Source: an uncultured Ruminococcus sp. (lineage in GTDB: Bacteria; Bacillota; Clostridia; UBA1212). Taken from it: a stretch of 64,000 bases of DNA. The translations under genes were made by a program, and so were the position numbers. The stretch is taken from positions 72,441-136,440 of the forward strand of contig CADAZX010000001.1 of the NCBI GenBank assembly GCA_902792515.1, read 5' to 3'. Below the pieces are notes generated by a model. The model had not been told where the DNA came from and searched no databases. It saw only the letters and a list, made by a program, of their open reading frames with translations. Positions 54,150-63,165 of the stretch are shown piece by piece. Position 1 is the first letter of the stretch, and each line of letters opens with the position of its first letter.

Positions 54150-55493
54150 ATGAGTATGCAGACCGGGGCGGAGACCTTGAAAGTTAAAGTTGATTTTTCC
54201 GAAAAGAAAGGGCCCGTGAAGCCCCTGCACGGTGTGGGACAGCCGCCGTTTTACGGCCTCGACTTCTCGATGTTCCGCTACCTGACCGATGCGGGGATTC
54301 CGTTTTCGCGTCTTCACGACGTTGGCGGGTGGTTCGGCGGGTCGATGTTCGTCGACATTCCGAACCTGTTCCCGGATTTCGGTAAGGACCCGGCCGACCC
54401 GGCATCGTACGATTTCACGTTCACGGACATGCTCATTTCCGCGCTCACGGAAGCGTCCGTCGAGCCCGTTTTCAGGCTTGGCGTCTCGATCGAAAACTTC
54501 GTCGAGATCAAGGCGTACCGCGTGTTCCCGCCGGCAGACAATCTAAAATGGGCGAAGATCTGCGAGGGCGTCATCCGCCACTACACCGAAGGCTGGGCAG
54601 ACGGCTTTTACCACAAAATCCGCTACTGGGAGATCTGGAACGAGCCCGACAACGAGGAGGACCCCCTCAAAAATCCGATGTGGCGCGGCACGATGGAGCA
54701 GTATTTCGAGCTTTACGGCACCGCTTCCCGCTACCTCAAAAACCGCTTTCCGCACCTGAAAATAGGCGGATACGCGTCCTGCGGCTTCTACGCGATAGCC
54801 GGTATCGAGACCGACCCGAACGCGAAGGCAACCGCGCGTGAAGAGTATTTTGTCGAGTACTTCGAAAAGTTCCTGGAGTACGTCAAGACAAACGGCTGCC
54901 CGCTCGACTTTTTCTCGTGGCACAGCTACGCCTCGATCGAAAACACCGCGATCTTCGCGCGGTACGCGCGCAAAATGCTTGACGGATACGGCTTCACGGA
55001 GACCGAGACGATGTGCAACGAGTGGAACTGCGAGGTCTTCCACCGCGGGACCGCCCACCACGCCGCCGTGACCGCCGCGATGATGCTCTCGTTCCAGCAC
55101 CTGCCGGTCGATTCGGCAATGTTCTACGACGCGCAGCTCAGCCCGAGCGTTTACGGCTCGCTTTTCAACCCGTTGACTCGCGAACCCCTTCCCTCTTACG
55201 AGGCGTTCCTCGCGTTCAACGAGCTGTACAAGCGCGGAACTGAGACCGGACTCACTTTTGAAGGCGCCGCCGCGGGAATTTACGGAGCGGCATCATTCGA
55301 CGAAGAAAAAGGCGGCGCGATAGTAATCGCGAACGTCTCGCCGTCGGAGAAGCGCCTTGAGTACTGTTCCGGCGGGAGAAACATTGTTTCGTACCGCCTC
55401 CTGACAGAAGAAGGCCTCCGTGCGGAAGCCCCATGCTCAGGCCTTCCCGCCACGCTCCCCGGTAACTCGATTTTGACGGTCATAACGGAATGA
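54150..55493 (+). CDS. Clan GH-A glycoside hydrolase, GH39-like (beta-xylosidase family)
   Basis: The YWEIWNEPDN motif carries the acid/base Glu. It has a (beta/alpha)8 organisation and no signal peptide. Confidence 0.55.
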   Translation: MSMQTGAETLKVKVDFSEKKGPVKPLHGVGQPPFYGLDFSMFRYLTDAGIPFSRLHDVGGWFGGSMFVDIPNLFPDFGKDPADPASYDFTFTDMLISALTEASVEPVFRLGVSIENFVEIKAYRVFPPADNLKWAKICEGVIRHYTEGWADGFYHKIRYWEIWNEPDNEEDPLKNPMWRGTMEQYFELYGTASRYLKNRFPHLKIGGYASCGFYAIAGIETDPNAKATAREEYFVEYFEKFLEYVKTNGCPLDFFSWHSYASIENTAIFARYARKMLDGYGFTETETMCNEWNCEVFHRGTAHHAAVTAAMMLSFQHLPVDSAMFYDAQLSPSVYGSLFNPLTREPLPSYEAFLAFNELYKRGTETGLTFEGAAAGIYGAASFDEEKGGAIVIANVSPSEKRLEYCSGGRNIVSYRLLTEEGLRAEAPCSGLPATLPGNSILTVITE

Positions 55494-55509
55494 TCTGTTT
55501 ATACGCGAA

Positions 55510-55557
55510 GCGCGCCTGCCCCGGCCGGGGCAGGCGCGCCGTTTTTACCTAAACAAA
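55510..55557. terminator. Bidirectional terminator between the convergent genes 54150..55493 and 55566..56630
   Basis: GCGCGCCTGCCCCGGCCGGGGCAGGCGCGC palindrome followed by cgtttttacc. Confidence 0.75.
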
Positions 55558-55565
55558 GGCAAAAT

Positions 55566-56630
55566 TTATTCAAGAACAATTTCTTTTCCCGCAGCAGATG
55601 AGTCGTACATCGCCTGCATCATTTTCGCGGTGATTATCACGGTATCGATATGCGACGGCTGCTTTTCGCCCGTTCTGACGGCGCGCACAAACGAGTCGAT
55701 CTCCTCCTGGAACATGTCGTTCGGTTTGAACTCCGGTTTGTAGCTCACGAGCTTTCCGCCGCCGGTGGTGTAAAACGTGAAATCCGAGCCGTAGTTCAAG
55801 CGGATGCCGCCCTTCGTGCCGAGGAAGTCGATAAAGGACTCGCCGACGCCGATGTTCTGTGCCCAGGCGCCGTTAAACGTTACGGTCGGGCCGGACGTAC
55901 GCACGAAGCCCGTCACAAAATCGTCCACGTCGTACGTTCCGTTCAAGTCTTTTGTGTTCTCCGCCCACATGCCCTCGTATACGTAGTTTTTCATATCGAC
56001 TCCGAGCTTGCAGAACGCCTTCGCGGAAACGGTCTCCGGCCGCGGGTCGCCCGTGCAGAACATCATGATGTCAAGATAGTGAACGCCCCAGTCGATCAGG
56101 ACGCCGCCGCCCGATATCGCGTTCGTCGTAAACGCGCCGCCAAGGCCGGGAATCGAGCGCTGCTGGCGAAAGCTCACGTAGACGTGGTAGACCTCGCCAA
56201 GGTCGCCGTTCGAGATCATTTCCCGGATCTTGCGGACCGCGGAGCTGAAACGGTTCACGACGCCGATGTTCAGAGTCTTTCCGTATTTGTGCTGCGCCTC
56301 CTGCATTTTGAGCGCGTCCGCGTACGTCCTCGCGGCGGGCTTTTCGCACAAAACGTGCTTCCCCGCGGCGAGCGCGTCGCAGGTGATCGTCATGTGCATT
56401 CTGTTCGGGGTGCATACGGACACAGCGTCGATTTCGGGGTCGTTTATCACGTCGTGATAGTCGGTGCAGGCGGTGCCGCAGCCGTACTTTTCGACCGCCC
56501 CGAACGCTTTTTCGGGAATGATGTCGCAAAAATACTTGATCCGAACGTCCGGATTTTTGAGATACGCGGGAATGTGCGCGCTGTTGGCGATCGTGCCGCA
56601 TCCGATGATTCCGATTACCGTTTTTTCCAT
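55566..56630 (-). CDS. Gfo/Idh/MocA-family NAD(P)-dependent oxidoreductase
   Basis: Start reassigned to MEKTVIGIIGCGTIANSAH (RBS AAAGAGGGA). Rossmann GxGxxA and the EKP motif (LCEKPAA). Confidence 0.85.
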   Translation of the reverse strand: MEKTVIGIIGCGTIANSAHIPAYLKNPDVRIKYFCDIIPEKAFGAVEKYGCGTACTDYHDVINDPEIDAVSVCTPNRMHMTITCDALAAGKHVLCEKPAARTYADALKMQEAQHKYGKTLNIGVVNRFSSAVRKIREMISNGDLGEVYHVYVSFRQQRSIPGLGGAFTTNAISGGGVLIDWGVHYLDIMMFCTGDPRPETVSAKAFCKLGVDMKNYVYEGMWAENTKDLNGTYDVDDFVTGFVRTSGPTVTFNGAWAQNIGVGESFIDFLGTKGGIRLNYGSDFTFYTTGGGKLVSYKPEFKPNDMFQEEIDSFVRAVRTGEKQPSHIDTVIITAKMMQAMYDSSAAGKEIVLE

Positions 56631-56704
56631 TTTCCGTCCCTCTTTCAAACTTTTAGCAAAAATTACCGTATTTTCAAGCCTTTTGCCTAAAACCGCGTGC
56701 GTTT

Positions 56705-57556
56705 CTACCTGTCGTACCTGCTGTGGTCGTCTTCATCACAGGTGCCTTTGCCGTCCGGTCCCGTGAGGAAAGGCCGGTACATCATGATCGCGGAATTCGC
56801 GACCACAAACTCCTCGCGCACAAACTCTCCGTCTCGGGTGTAAACCTCCCTGTAGAGCTCGTTGTGCCTCGAGTAGCCGCCCCAGAACTCCTGCCGCATC
56901 TCGTGGTTGTTTTCGACGATCTCGTACTTGAACAGCGGCGGTTCGACCGACCTCCACTCGCCGGTGAGATACTCCTCGCCGACGTTCACCAGAAGCTGGA
57001 ACGGTATGTCAGTGTCGTTCCGGATCATCAGGTCGAGGTGCGGGTAGTAGCAGGTGGCGCCGCTTGCGAAAGGCTGCGTGCGGTTGGAGTCCGGGAAGAC
57101 GTCGTAGCCGTGGCGGTAGCGTTCGGTAACGGTGAGCGGAGTGTGGAGCGTCATCCAGTAGATCAGGTTCGTCATCTGGCAGAGCCCGCCGCCGATGCCC
57201 TTCCCGACCGTTCCGTTGCTGAGGACGAGCCCCTCTTTGTAGCCTTTTTTGGCGGACGTTTTGCCCACGAGGTACCAGAAGCTGAACGTCTGGCCGGGCT
57301 TCACGACGACGCCGTTTATCTTCGCGGCCGCGAGCTTAAGGTTGGTGATCTTGTTGTACTGGAGGTACATGTCGACGTCCTTGAGCTTTCTGAGGAGCGG
57401 CGTTTTGTGCGTGAACTGAAGCTCGGGAAGCGGCTCCGTACTGCGTTCGGTAGCGAACCTTTTCCGCATCCTCAGCCAGAGGAGCTTCCGCTTTGTCTTG
57501 TAATAAAGCATGCCGCACGCGGCGCGAATTTTTGATCTTTTTATAGGCTTTTTCAT
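56705..57556 (-). CDS. VanW-family protein
   Basis: GQTFSFWYLVG...GYKEG core typical of Pfam VanW, ~283 aa. Confidence 0.7.
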   Translation of the reverse strand: MKKPIKRSKIRAACGMLYYKTKRKLLWLRMRKRFATERSTEPLPELQFTHKTPLLRKLKDVDMYLQYNKITNLKLAAAKINGVVVKPGQTFSFWYLVGKTSAKKGYKEGLVLSNGTVGKGIGGGLCQMTNLIYWMTLHTPLTVTERYRHGYDVFPDSNRTQPFASGATCYYPHLDLMIRNDTDIPFQLLVNVGEEYLTGEWRSVEPPLFKYEIVENNHEMRQEFWGGYSRHNELYREVYTRDGEFVREEFVVANSAIMMYRPFLTGPDGKGTCDEDDHSRYDR

Positions 57557-57597
57557 TGTTTGACACCTCCCGTTTACGTACGGACGTTTCCTTTCTT

Positions 57598-58692
57598 TTA
57601 TTTTACGAGAAGAGTTTTAACGTTCTTTCCCGCGATGGCATCGTCGAAGGCGCGGTTCACGTCGGAAACCTTGTAGCACGTCGCGAGCGACTTCACCGCC
57701 GGCTGAAGTTCCGGGCGGTTCTTCAGGAACTCCAGGTAGATTCTTACGTCCTTGATAGAATACTGGGACGAGCCGATGAACCTGAGCGCCTTGAACGTGA
57801 TCGTCTGCGGGTCGATTTTGACGGAGCCGCTGTCGCTGTACTGGCCGGGAATTATGTAGACGCCGCGGTTCCGCAGGATGTCCATGCCGAGGGGGACGGC
57901 CGAAGGCGCGCCTGAGCACTCGATGCAGACGTCCGCGCCGAGGCCGCCGTTTTCCGCGAGGATCTTGGCCTTGATCGCGTTTTCGCCGTCCTTTTCGAGG
58001 CTCAAAACCTCGTCGGCGCCGAGCTTTTTCAAAAGTCCGGTGCGTTCCGGCTTGCTGCGGGCGCCTATCGCAAAGAGCTTTTTCACGCCGAGCGCTTTAA
58101 GATACATGACCGCGAAGCAGCCGACCGGGCCGAGTCCCTGCACGACCGCGACCGTCTCACCGCCGATCGTGTAACCCGCCTGTTCCGCGAGCCGCACGCC
58201 GTGAATGACAGTCGGCCCGGGGCACGCGAAAACAGCCGTCGCAACCGGGTCGACGCCTTCGGGAATCTTCAGAAGGTTCGTAAGAGGCGTGTAGTTTACC
58301 TCCGCGTAGCCGCCGTAGAGGTAGGGAGGGACTGTGATGTCGCCTTCGTTCGTGACGCCCATGTTGACGCAGTTGGCGTCGTCGCCCGTTCTGCAAAGGA
58401 GGCATTTCCCGCACGGAACCGCGATGTCCGCGATAACGTTGTCGCCCTCTTTAAGACCGAACCGCGCGGCCTCTTCCGGGTCGCAGCCCGTGAGTTTTCC
58501 GACGAACTCGTGTCCGATTATCGACGGCGCGCCCATCGCGAGCCTGCCCTTGAAAATGTGAACGTCCGTGCCGCACACGCCGCTTGCTATGAGCTCGCTC
58601 TTTCCGTAGCCCTTCGGCACGTCCGTGATTTCAAATTCCCTGACGCTGAACGGAACGTTCGCGCCCTCAAATACAGCCGCTTTTGCTTTCAT
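57598..58692 (-). CDS. Zinc-dependent MDR alcohol/polyol dehydrogenase (sorbitol/threonine dehydrogenase-like)
   Basis: GVCGTDVH, GHEFVG and the structural-zinc Cys cluster CGKCLLC. The start is taken at MKAKAAV. Confidence 0.8.
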   Translation of the reverse strand: MKAKAAVFEGANVPFSVREFEITDVPKGYGKSELIASGVCGTDVHIFKGRLAMGAPSIIGHEFVGKLTGCDPEEAARFGLKEGDNVIADIAVPCGKCLLCRTGDDANCVNMGVTNEGDITVPPYLYGGYAEVNYTPLTNLLKIPEGVDPVATAVFACPGPTVIHGVRLAEQAGYTIGGETVAVVQGLGPVGCFAVMYLKALGVKKLFAIGARSKPERTGLLKKLGADEVLSLEKDGENAIKAKILAENGGLGADVCIECSGAPSAVPLGMDILRNRGVYIIPGQYSDSGSVKIDPQTITFKALRFIGSSQYSIKDVRIYLEFLKNRPELQPAVKSLATCYKVSDVNRAFDDAIAGKNVKTLLVK

Positions 58693-58796
58693 TTTGCACA
58701 CATGCCTTTCCCGCTGTTTTTAGCTAAATTTAGTAAAATTTGTCATTTTCTCCCGCCGGAGTCTCCCGACGGAGCCTGCCGGCTGTTCCGGCCTTT

Positions 58797-59951
58797 TTAG
58801 TCCTCCCATTCCGGGACGTCTATTCTCACCCATTCCGGCAGCGGTTCTCCGAGAACCGGAAAGTTCCGCTTGTCGAATTTGATTCTCTGTATATACGCGT
58901 AGCGCCCCTCGACACCCGCGTCCGGGGTGCTCATTCCGTGGTACGCGATCCACGTCTCCTCGCCGTCCGGCGACGTGAAGAACGAGCAGTGGCCGACGCC
59001 GTAAACGCAGTTTGCCTTTTCGAAAACGGGCTTTTTGCTCTTTTTCCAGTTGGCCGGGTTCAAAAAATTCTGCCGCGAGGTGTCCTTTCCGGTGTAGTGG
59101 AGCAGGCCGAGCGAGTAGAATTCGCTCCAGCAGCCGCTCGCGGAGTAGATCAAAAATATCTCGCCGTTGTGAGTGATGAACACCGGGCCCTCGTTCACCC
59201 TGCCGTCGTTGGTGCCGTCGGAACCGCGCTTTTCCCAGTCGTACTCCGGGTACGTCGCCGTGACACGCTCCTCTCCGACAGTCCACGGGTTGTCCATCGC
59301 CGCGAGCATCACGACCTGCCCCTTGTCGGTGAAATCGCAGTACGCGGTGTAGAGCTCGCCGCTCGCCTCGTCGTAGTAGACGGTCTGGTCGATGCATATC
59401 TTTCCGTCAAGCGTAATTCCCTTGAACGTGTAGTTGCCGAACGGGTCGCCGCCGTCCGATTCGAGGCAGAACATACGCATGTCGCCGAAGTCAAAGCTTC
59501 CGATCGTCGAGCACGAGTAGGCGTACCACCTGCCGGTCACCGGGTAGTAGTGGAGCTCGGGCGCCCAAATATTGCCGCCCATGGTCCTGCCGCCCCCTAT
59601 GGCGTCGCCTGTTTTAACCAGGTCCTTGCTCTCGCCTTTCGTGAATAGATCCTCCACGGTCTTGTTTTTGTACAGTCTGACCTGAAACGCCTCCGTGGCG
59701 AGACCGTAAAAATATCCTTCGTGGTAGAAAATGAAAGGGTCGGGCATCGATTTTGTTGAAATCGGGTTGTAAAACGTTCTCAAGCCTTCCGTCCCCTTTC
59801 CGTGGCGGGCCCAGTTTTCGTCAAAGGCTTCCTTTTTCGCGCATCCCGCCGGCCCCGCGCAAAAAACGGTCGCGCACAGCAGAAGTACCGCGATAGCCGC
59901 AAATGCCGCAGGCCGCGCCGCTTTTTTTCTCATACTCATAACCGTGTCCAT
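58797..59951 (-). CDS. GH43-family glycoside hydrolase (beta-xylosidase/arabinofuranosidase-like), lipoprotein or secreted
   Basis: DPFIFYHEGYFY N-terminal GH43 motif (catalytic Asp). Five-bladed propeller repeats. Signal peptide with Cys (LLLCATVFCAG). Confidence 0.8.
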   Translation of the reverse strand: MDTVMSMRKKAARPAAFAAIAVLLLCATVFCAGPAGCAKKEAFDENWARHGKGTEGLRTFYNPISTKSMPDPFIFYHEGYFYGLATEAFQVRLYKNKTVEDLFTKGESKDLVKTGDAIGGGRTMGGNIWAPELHYYPVTGRWYAYSCSTIGSFDFGDMRMFCLESDGGDPFGNYTFKGITLDGKICIDQTVYYDEASGELYTAYCDFTDKGQVVMLAAMDNPWTVGEERVTATYPEYDWEKRGSDGTNDGRVNEGPVFITHNGEIFLIYSASGCWSEFYSLGLLHYTGKDTSRQNFLNPANWKKSKKPVFEKANCVYGVGHCSFFTSPDGEETWIAYHGMSTPDAGVEGRYAYIQRIKFDKRNFPVLGEPLPEWVRIDVPEWED

Positions 59952-60050
59952 TTCCGTGTCTGTCTTAATGTCCGTCCCGGTTGTCCGTCTAAACCGTCTG
60001 TCATAATTGTCTGTATAAACCGTCTGCCCCGGTTTTTGCCGGCCGGCGGT

Positions 60051-60821
60051 CTATTCAATGCCTGTCTCGATATATTTTCCGAGCATTTCCCCGGCTCTCG
60101 CGACCTCCTCCGCCGCCGGCGGAGACGTTTTCGCGAAAACGTACTCGCGCCCCATGGCCTTGTACTTCGCGCTGCCCAGGCGGTGGAACGGTATCAGGTC
60201 CGCGTGTTTTACGCCGGCTTCGAGCAGCGTCGAGAGGATCAGCCGGAGCTCCCCGTCCGACGTGTTGACGCCGGGAATGAACGGAATCCGCGCCGTCACG
60301 TTCGCGCCGCATGCAACGAGCTTTTTGAGGTTCGAAACGATCAGGTCGAAGTCGCCGCCCGTGACCGAGGCGTACTTTTCGCGCGAACCCGCTTTAATAT
60401 CGTAGTAAAAAGCGTTCACGCTGCCGAGCACCACCTCGAAATTCCGCCACGGAACGCACCCGGCCGTATCGACAAGCGTGCTTATCCCGCGCTCTTTCAG
60501 GATCGCCGCGAGCTCCGCGACGCCCTCGTACTGGAGCATCGGCTCGCCGCCGCTCACGGTGACGCCGCCTCCTCCCGCATTGTAAAAATCCGCGTCCTCC
60601 GACACGTCGTCTGCGACCTCCAACGGCGTCATAAGTTTTCCGTAGGTGACCGTTTTGCCGGCCGCCGCGAAAACGAGCGTCTCGGGCTTCGCGGAGATGT
60701 TTTCCGGGTTGTGGCACCACGGGCAGCGCAGGTTGCAGCCTTTCAGGAAAACGGTCGTCCTGATGCCGGGGCCGTCGCCCGTCGAGAACCGCTGTATGTT
60801 GCTGACGTTCAGAACTGCCAT
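60051..60821 (-). CDS. Second glycyl-radical-enzyme activating enzyme (radical SAM)
   Basis: CNLRCPWCHNPE radical-SAM motif and VTVSGGEP SAM motif. Its start lies 3 nt from the stop of the upstream short glycyl radical enzyme. Confidence 0.9.
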   Translation of the reverse strand: MAVLNVSNIQRFSTGDGPGIRTTVFLKGCNLRCPWCHNPENISAKPETLVFAAAGKTVTYGKLMTPLEVADDVSEDADFYNAGGGGVTVSGGEPMLQYEGVAELAAILKERGISTLVDTAGCVPWRNFEVVLGSVNAFYYDIKAGSREKYASVTGGDFDLIVSNLKKLVACGANVTARIPFIPGVNTSDGELRLILSTLLEAGVKHADLIPFHRLGSAKYKAMGREYVFAKTSPPAAEEVARAGEMLGKYIETGIE

Positions 60822-60824
60822 GGT

Positions 60825-62960
60825 TTAAACTTCTTCATGCTGGGTGCGGCTCAGAATGTCCTCCTGCACCTCGTCCGCTAGCGTCACGTACAGCGCCGAA
60901 AAGCCGGAAACGCGCACCACGAGCGACTGATAGTTCTCGGGGTGGATCCTGGCGTCCTGAAGCACCTCGCGCGACGTGGAGTTGATCTGGATCTCCTGGC
61001 CGCCGCGGGAAAAATACACCCTTATCAGCTGCGCGAGCTTTTCGCGCTTGCCGTCCTTGAAAGCGGAGGGTGAAAACTTCTGGTTGACGACGGAGCCGCA
61101 GGCGCAGCGCGTGTAGTCGGGTTTGGAGACGCTCAGAAGCGTCGACGTGACGCCTTTTACGTCGCAGCCGTACGTCGGCGAGGCGGCGTCGGAAAGAGGC
61201 CTTCCGGCGAGCCTTCCGTCGGGTGTGGCGCCGAGTCCGTGGCCTGCGTAAATGTTCGACACGTTGGCCGCCTGTGCCGTGTAGACAGGTCCGCCGTCAA
61301 GAGTCGTGTACCTGTCGAACATGTCGGAAAGCGTGCTCGTGTACCACACCGCGTACTTGTCGACGAACGCGTCGTTGTTCCCGTACTTCGGCGCGGCCAG
61401 CACCGTCTCTCTGATGTCCCCGTAGCCTTCATAATTGGCCTTAATTGCCGCCGCGAGCGTCGAGAGGGGTATTTTCCTGTCCTCGAACACAACGCGCTCT
61501 ATGGCTGCGAGAGAGTCGCTGACGGTGCCTATGCCCATAAGCGCCGCGCCGTGCGCCGACGGATACTTCGCGCCTCCCATGTTAATGTCGCGTCCCCTCT
61601 CGATGCAGCATTGGCAGAAGCACGACAAAAAAGGTGCCGTCATGTTTTCCGGCTCGGCCACGAACTGGCCTCGCCTCATCCACTCAATATAATTTTCAAC
61701 GCCCTCTTTGAGCCGCTCCTCGTAGATCCTCATGAACGCGTCCATCGACTCTATCGAATCGAGTTCCTCCGCGGTTTTACCCACGAGAATCGCCTCAAGA
61801 TAGTTGATCGGGTCGAACCTGCCGTCCGACCACGGGGGCTGCATGCCGGTGATGAAATTCTCGATGCAGCCAACCATGCAGTAGTTTCTGACGTCCTTAA
61901 GCTCGTAGCCCTTTCTGAGAAGCGCCGCCATATTGACCGTGTCGTTCATCAGAGCCGGGTATCCGAGACCCGTGCCGATGACCTTCAGGCACTCGTCCAG
62001 GAATTCGTCCGGACAGTCCGGAGTGATCCTCGCGGAAAGGTTCGGTCCGGGAAGGTTCACGTCTCTCACCGCGCGCAGAACGCAGTACGACAGCCCGTTC
62101 ACCGAGCACACGCCCTCTTCGTCGACGCCGCCGATGCAGATGTTGACAACGTCGTCGCAGCCCCTGTACCTGAACTCGCAGATCTTCGCGAACGTGTTGG
62201 CGACAAGCTCCTCGCAGCGTTCGTCCGTAAGCGTTCCGTTCGCGATATCCTTCAAATAGAGCGGATAAAGGTAGCGGTCGATCCTTCCGAGAGCCATCGC
62301 GTACCTGCCCTCGAGCACGAAGCAGTTGTGGATCATCCACACAAGCTGAAGCCCCTGCGCGAACGTCCCCGGCGCACCCTCAAGAAGCGCCCGCATGTTG
62401 CCCGCGATAAAATCGAGCTTCTCCGCGTCGTACCCCTCCGCGCCTTTCAGCGATTCGGCCTTTTCCGCGTAGTTTTCGATGCGCTTCAAAAGTCCCTCGA
62501 GCGTCCGCTTCATCGCCTTCAAAAAGCCTGTCGCCTCCGCGTCGCCCGCGTGCTTCTCCGCCGAAGCGTCGATGTCGCGAATCATTCCCGGGATGCCCTT
62601 TTCGACAGCCGTGAAATAGTCTGCCGCGTAGTGGTCGGTGTTGCACGAAAACGTGCGTTCCGGGTATTTTGCGAAAACCGCCGCCGCGCGCCCGCGCTCG
62701 TCGTCAGGCACCTCGAGAATTACGTCTCTGAGGCTGCCCGCGATCAGGTCGTTTTTATAAATATGCGGCTCCGGCATGGCGAAAAGCGCGTAAAGCCCGT
62801 CCGCGCGAACGTTCGCGTTAATTGTATTTGCACTCTCCGAAAGGCCGCGCGCCCTGAATATCTCAGGGCAGAAAACCCCCTTCGGGAAGCTCAGAATCTC
62901 ACTTTTCAGTTCGGAAATATTACTCACAGTGTGCTCCGTTTCCGCGCGGCTTGCGCGCAT
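60825..62960 (-). CDS. Second, unusually short (~700 aa) glycyl radical enzyme of the eliminase/dehydratase class, substrate unknown
   Basis: C-terminal glycine-radical motif RVSGFSALYVTL. Thiyl-loop GCIENF (Cys-x-Glu, as in dehydratases/lyases). The N-terminus is ~100-140 aa shorter than typical members. A GTG start with RBS GGAG is possible, which would give MSNISELKSE. Confidence 0.75.
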   Translation of the reverse strand: MRASRAETEHTVSNISELKSEILSFPKGVFCPEIFRARGLSESANTINANVRADGLYALFAMPEPHIYKNDLIAGSLRDVILEVPDDERGRAAAVFAKYPERTFSCNTDHYAADYFTAVEKGIPGMIRDIDASAEKHAGDAEATGFLKAMKRTLEGLLKRIENYAEKAESLKGAEGYDAEKLDFIAGNMRALLEGAPGTFAQGLQLVWMIHNCFVLEGRYAMALGRIDRYLYPLYLKDIANGTLTDERCEELVANTFAKICEFRYRGCDDVVNICIGGVDEEGVCSVNGLSYCVLRAVRDVNLPGPNLSARITPDCPDEFLDECLKVIGTGLGYPALMNDTVNMAALLRKGYELKDVRNYCMVGCIENFITGMQPPWSDGRFDPINYLEAILVGKTAEELDSIESMDAFMRIYEERLKEGVENYIEWMRRGQFVAEPENMTAPFLSCFCQCCIERGRDINMGGAKYPSAHGAALMGIGTVSDSLAAIERVVFEDRKIPLSTLAAAIKANYEGYGDIRETVLAAPKYGNNDAFVDKYAVWYTSTLSDMFDRYTTLDGGPVYTAQAANVSNIYAGHGLGATPDGRLAGRPLSDAASPTYGCDVKGVTSTLLSVSKPDYTRCACGSVVNQKFSPSAFKDGKREKLAQLIRVYFSRGGQEIQINSTSREVLQDARIHPENYQSLVVRVSGFSALYVTLADEVQEDILSRTQHEEV

Positions 62961-63093
62961 GCATAATTCTAACGGTATTATACCACGTCCGCGCAGGGTT
63001 TTAAAGCCCGCGAAAAGAATTTAAGCATGATTCCGGCACCGCCCACGGCAGTCTTTTTCCGCCCGTTTTCGCTCCTTTTAACACCCGGAAGCC

Positions 63094-63130
63094 AAAAAAA
63101 TCCGGACCCGAAGGTCCGGACCTTTTTAAT
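63094..63130 (-). terminator. Rho-independent terminator after the 63166..end surface-protein gene
   Basis: aaaaaaaTCCGGACC-cgaa-GGTCCGGAccttttt. Confidence 0.75.
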
Positions 63131-63165
63131 TATTTAAGATTCGGCACGCCTGAGCGCGCTTTGTC

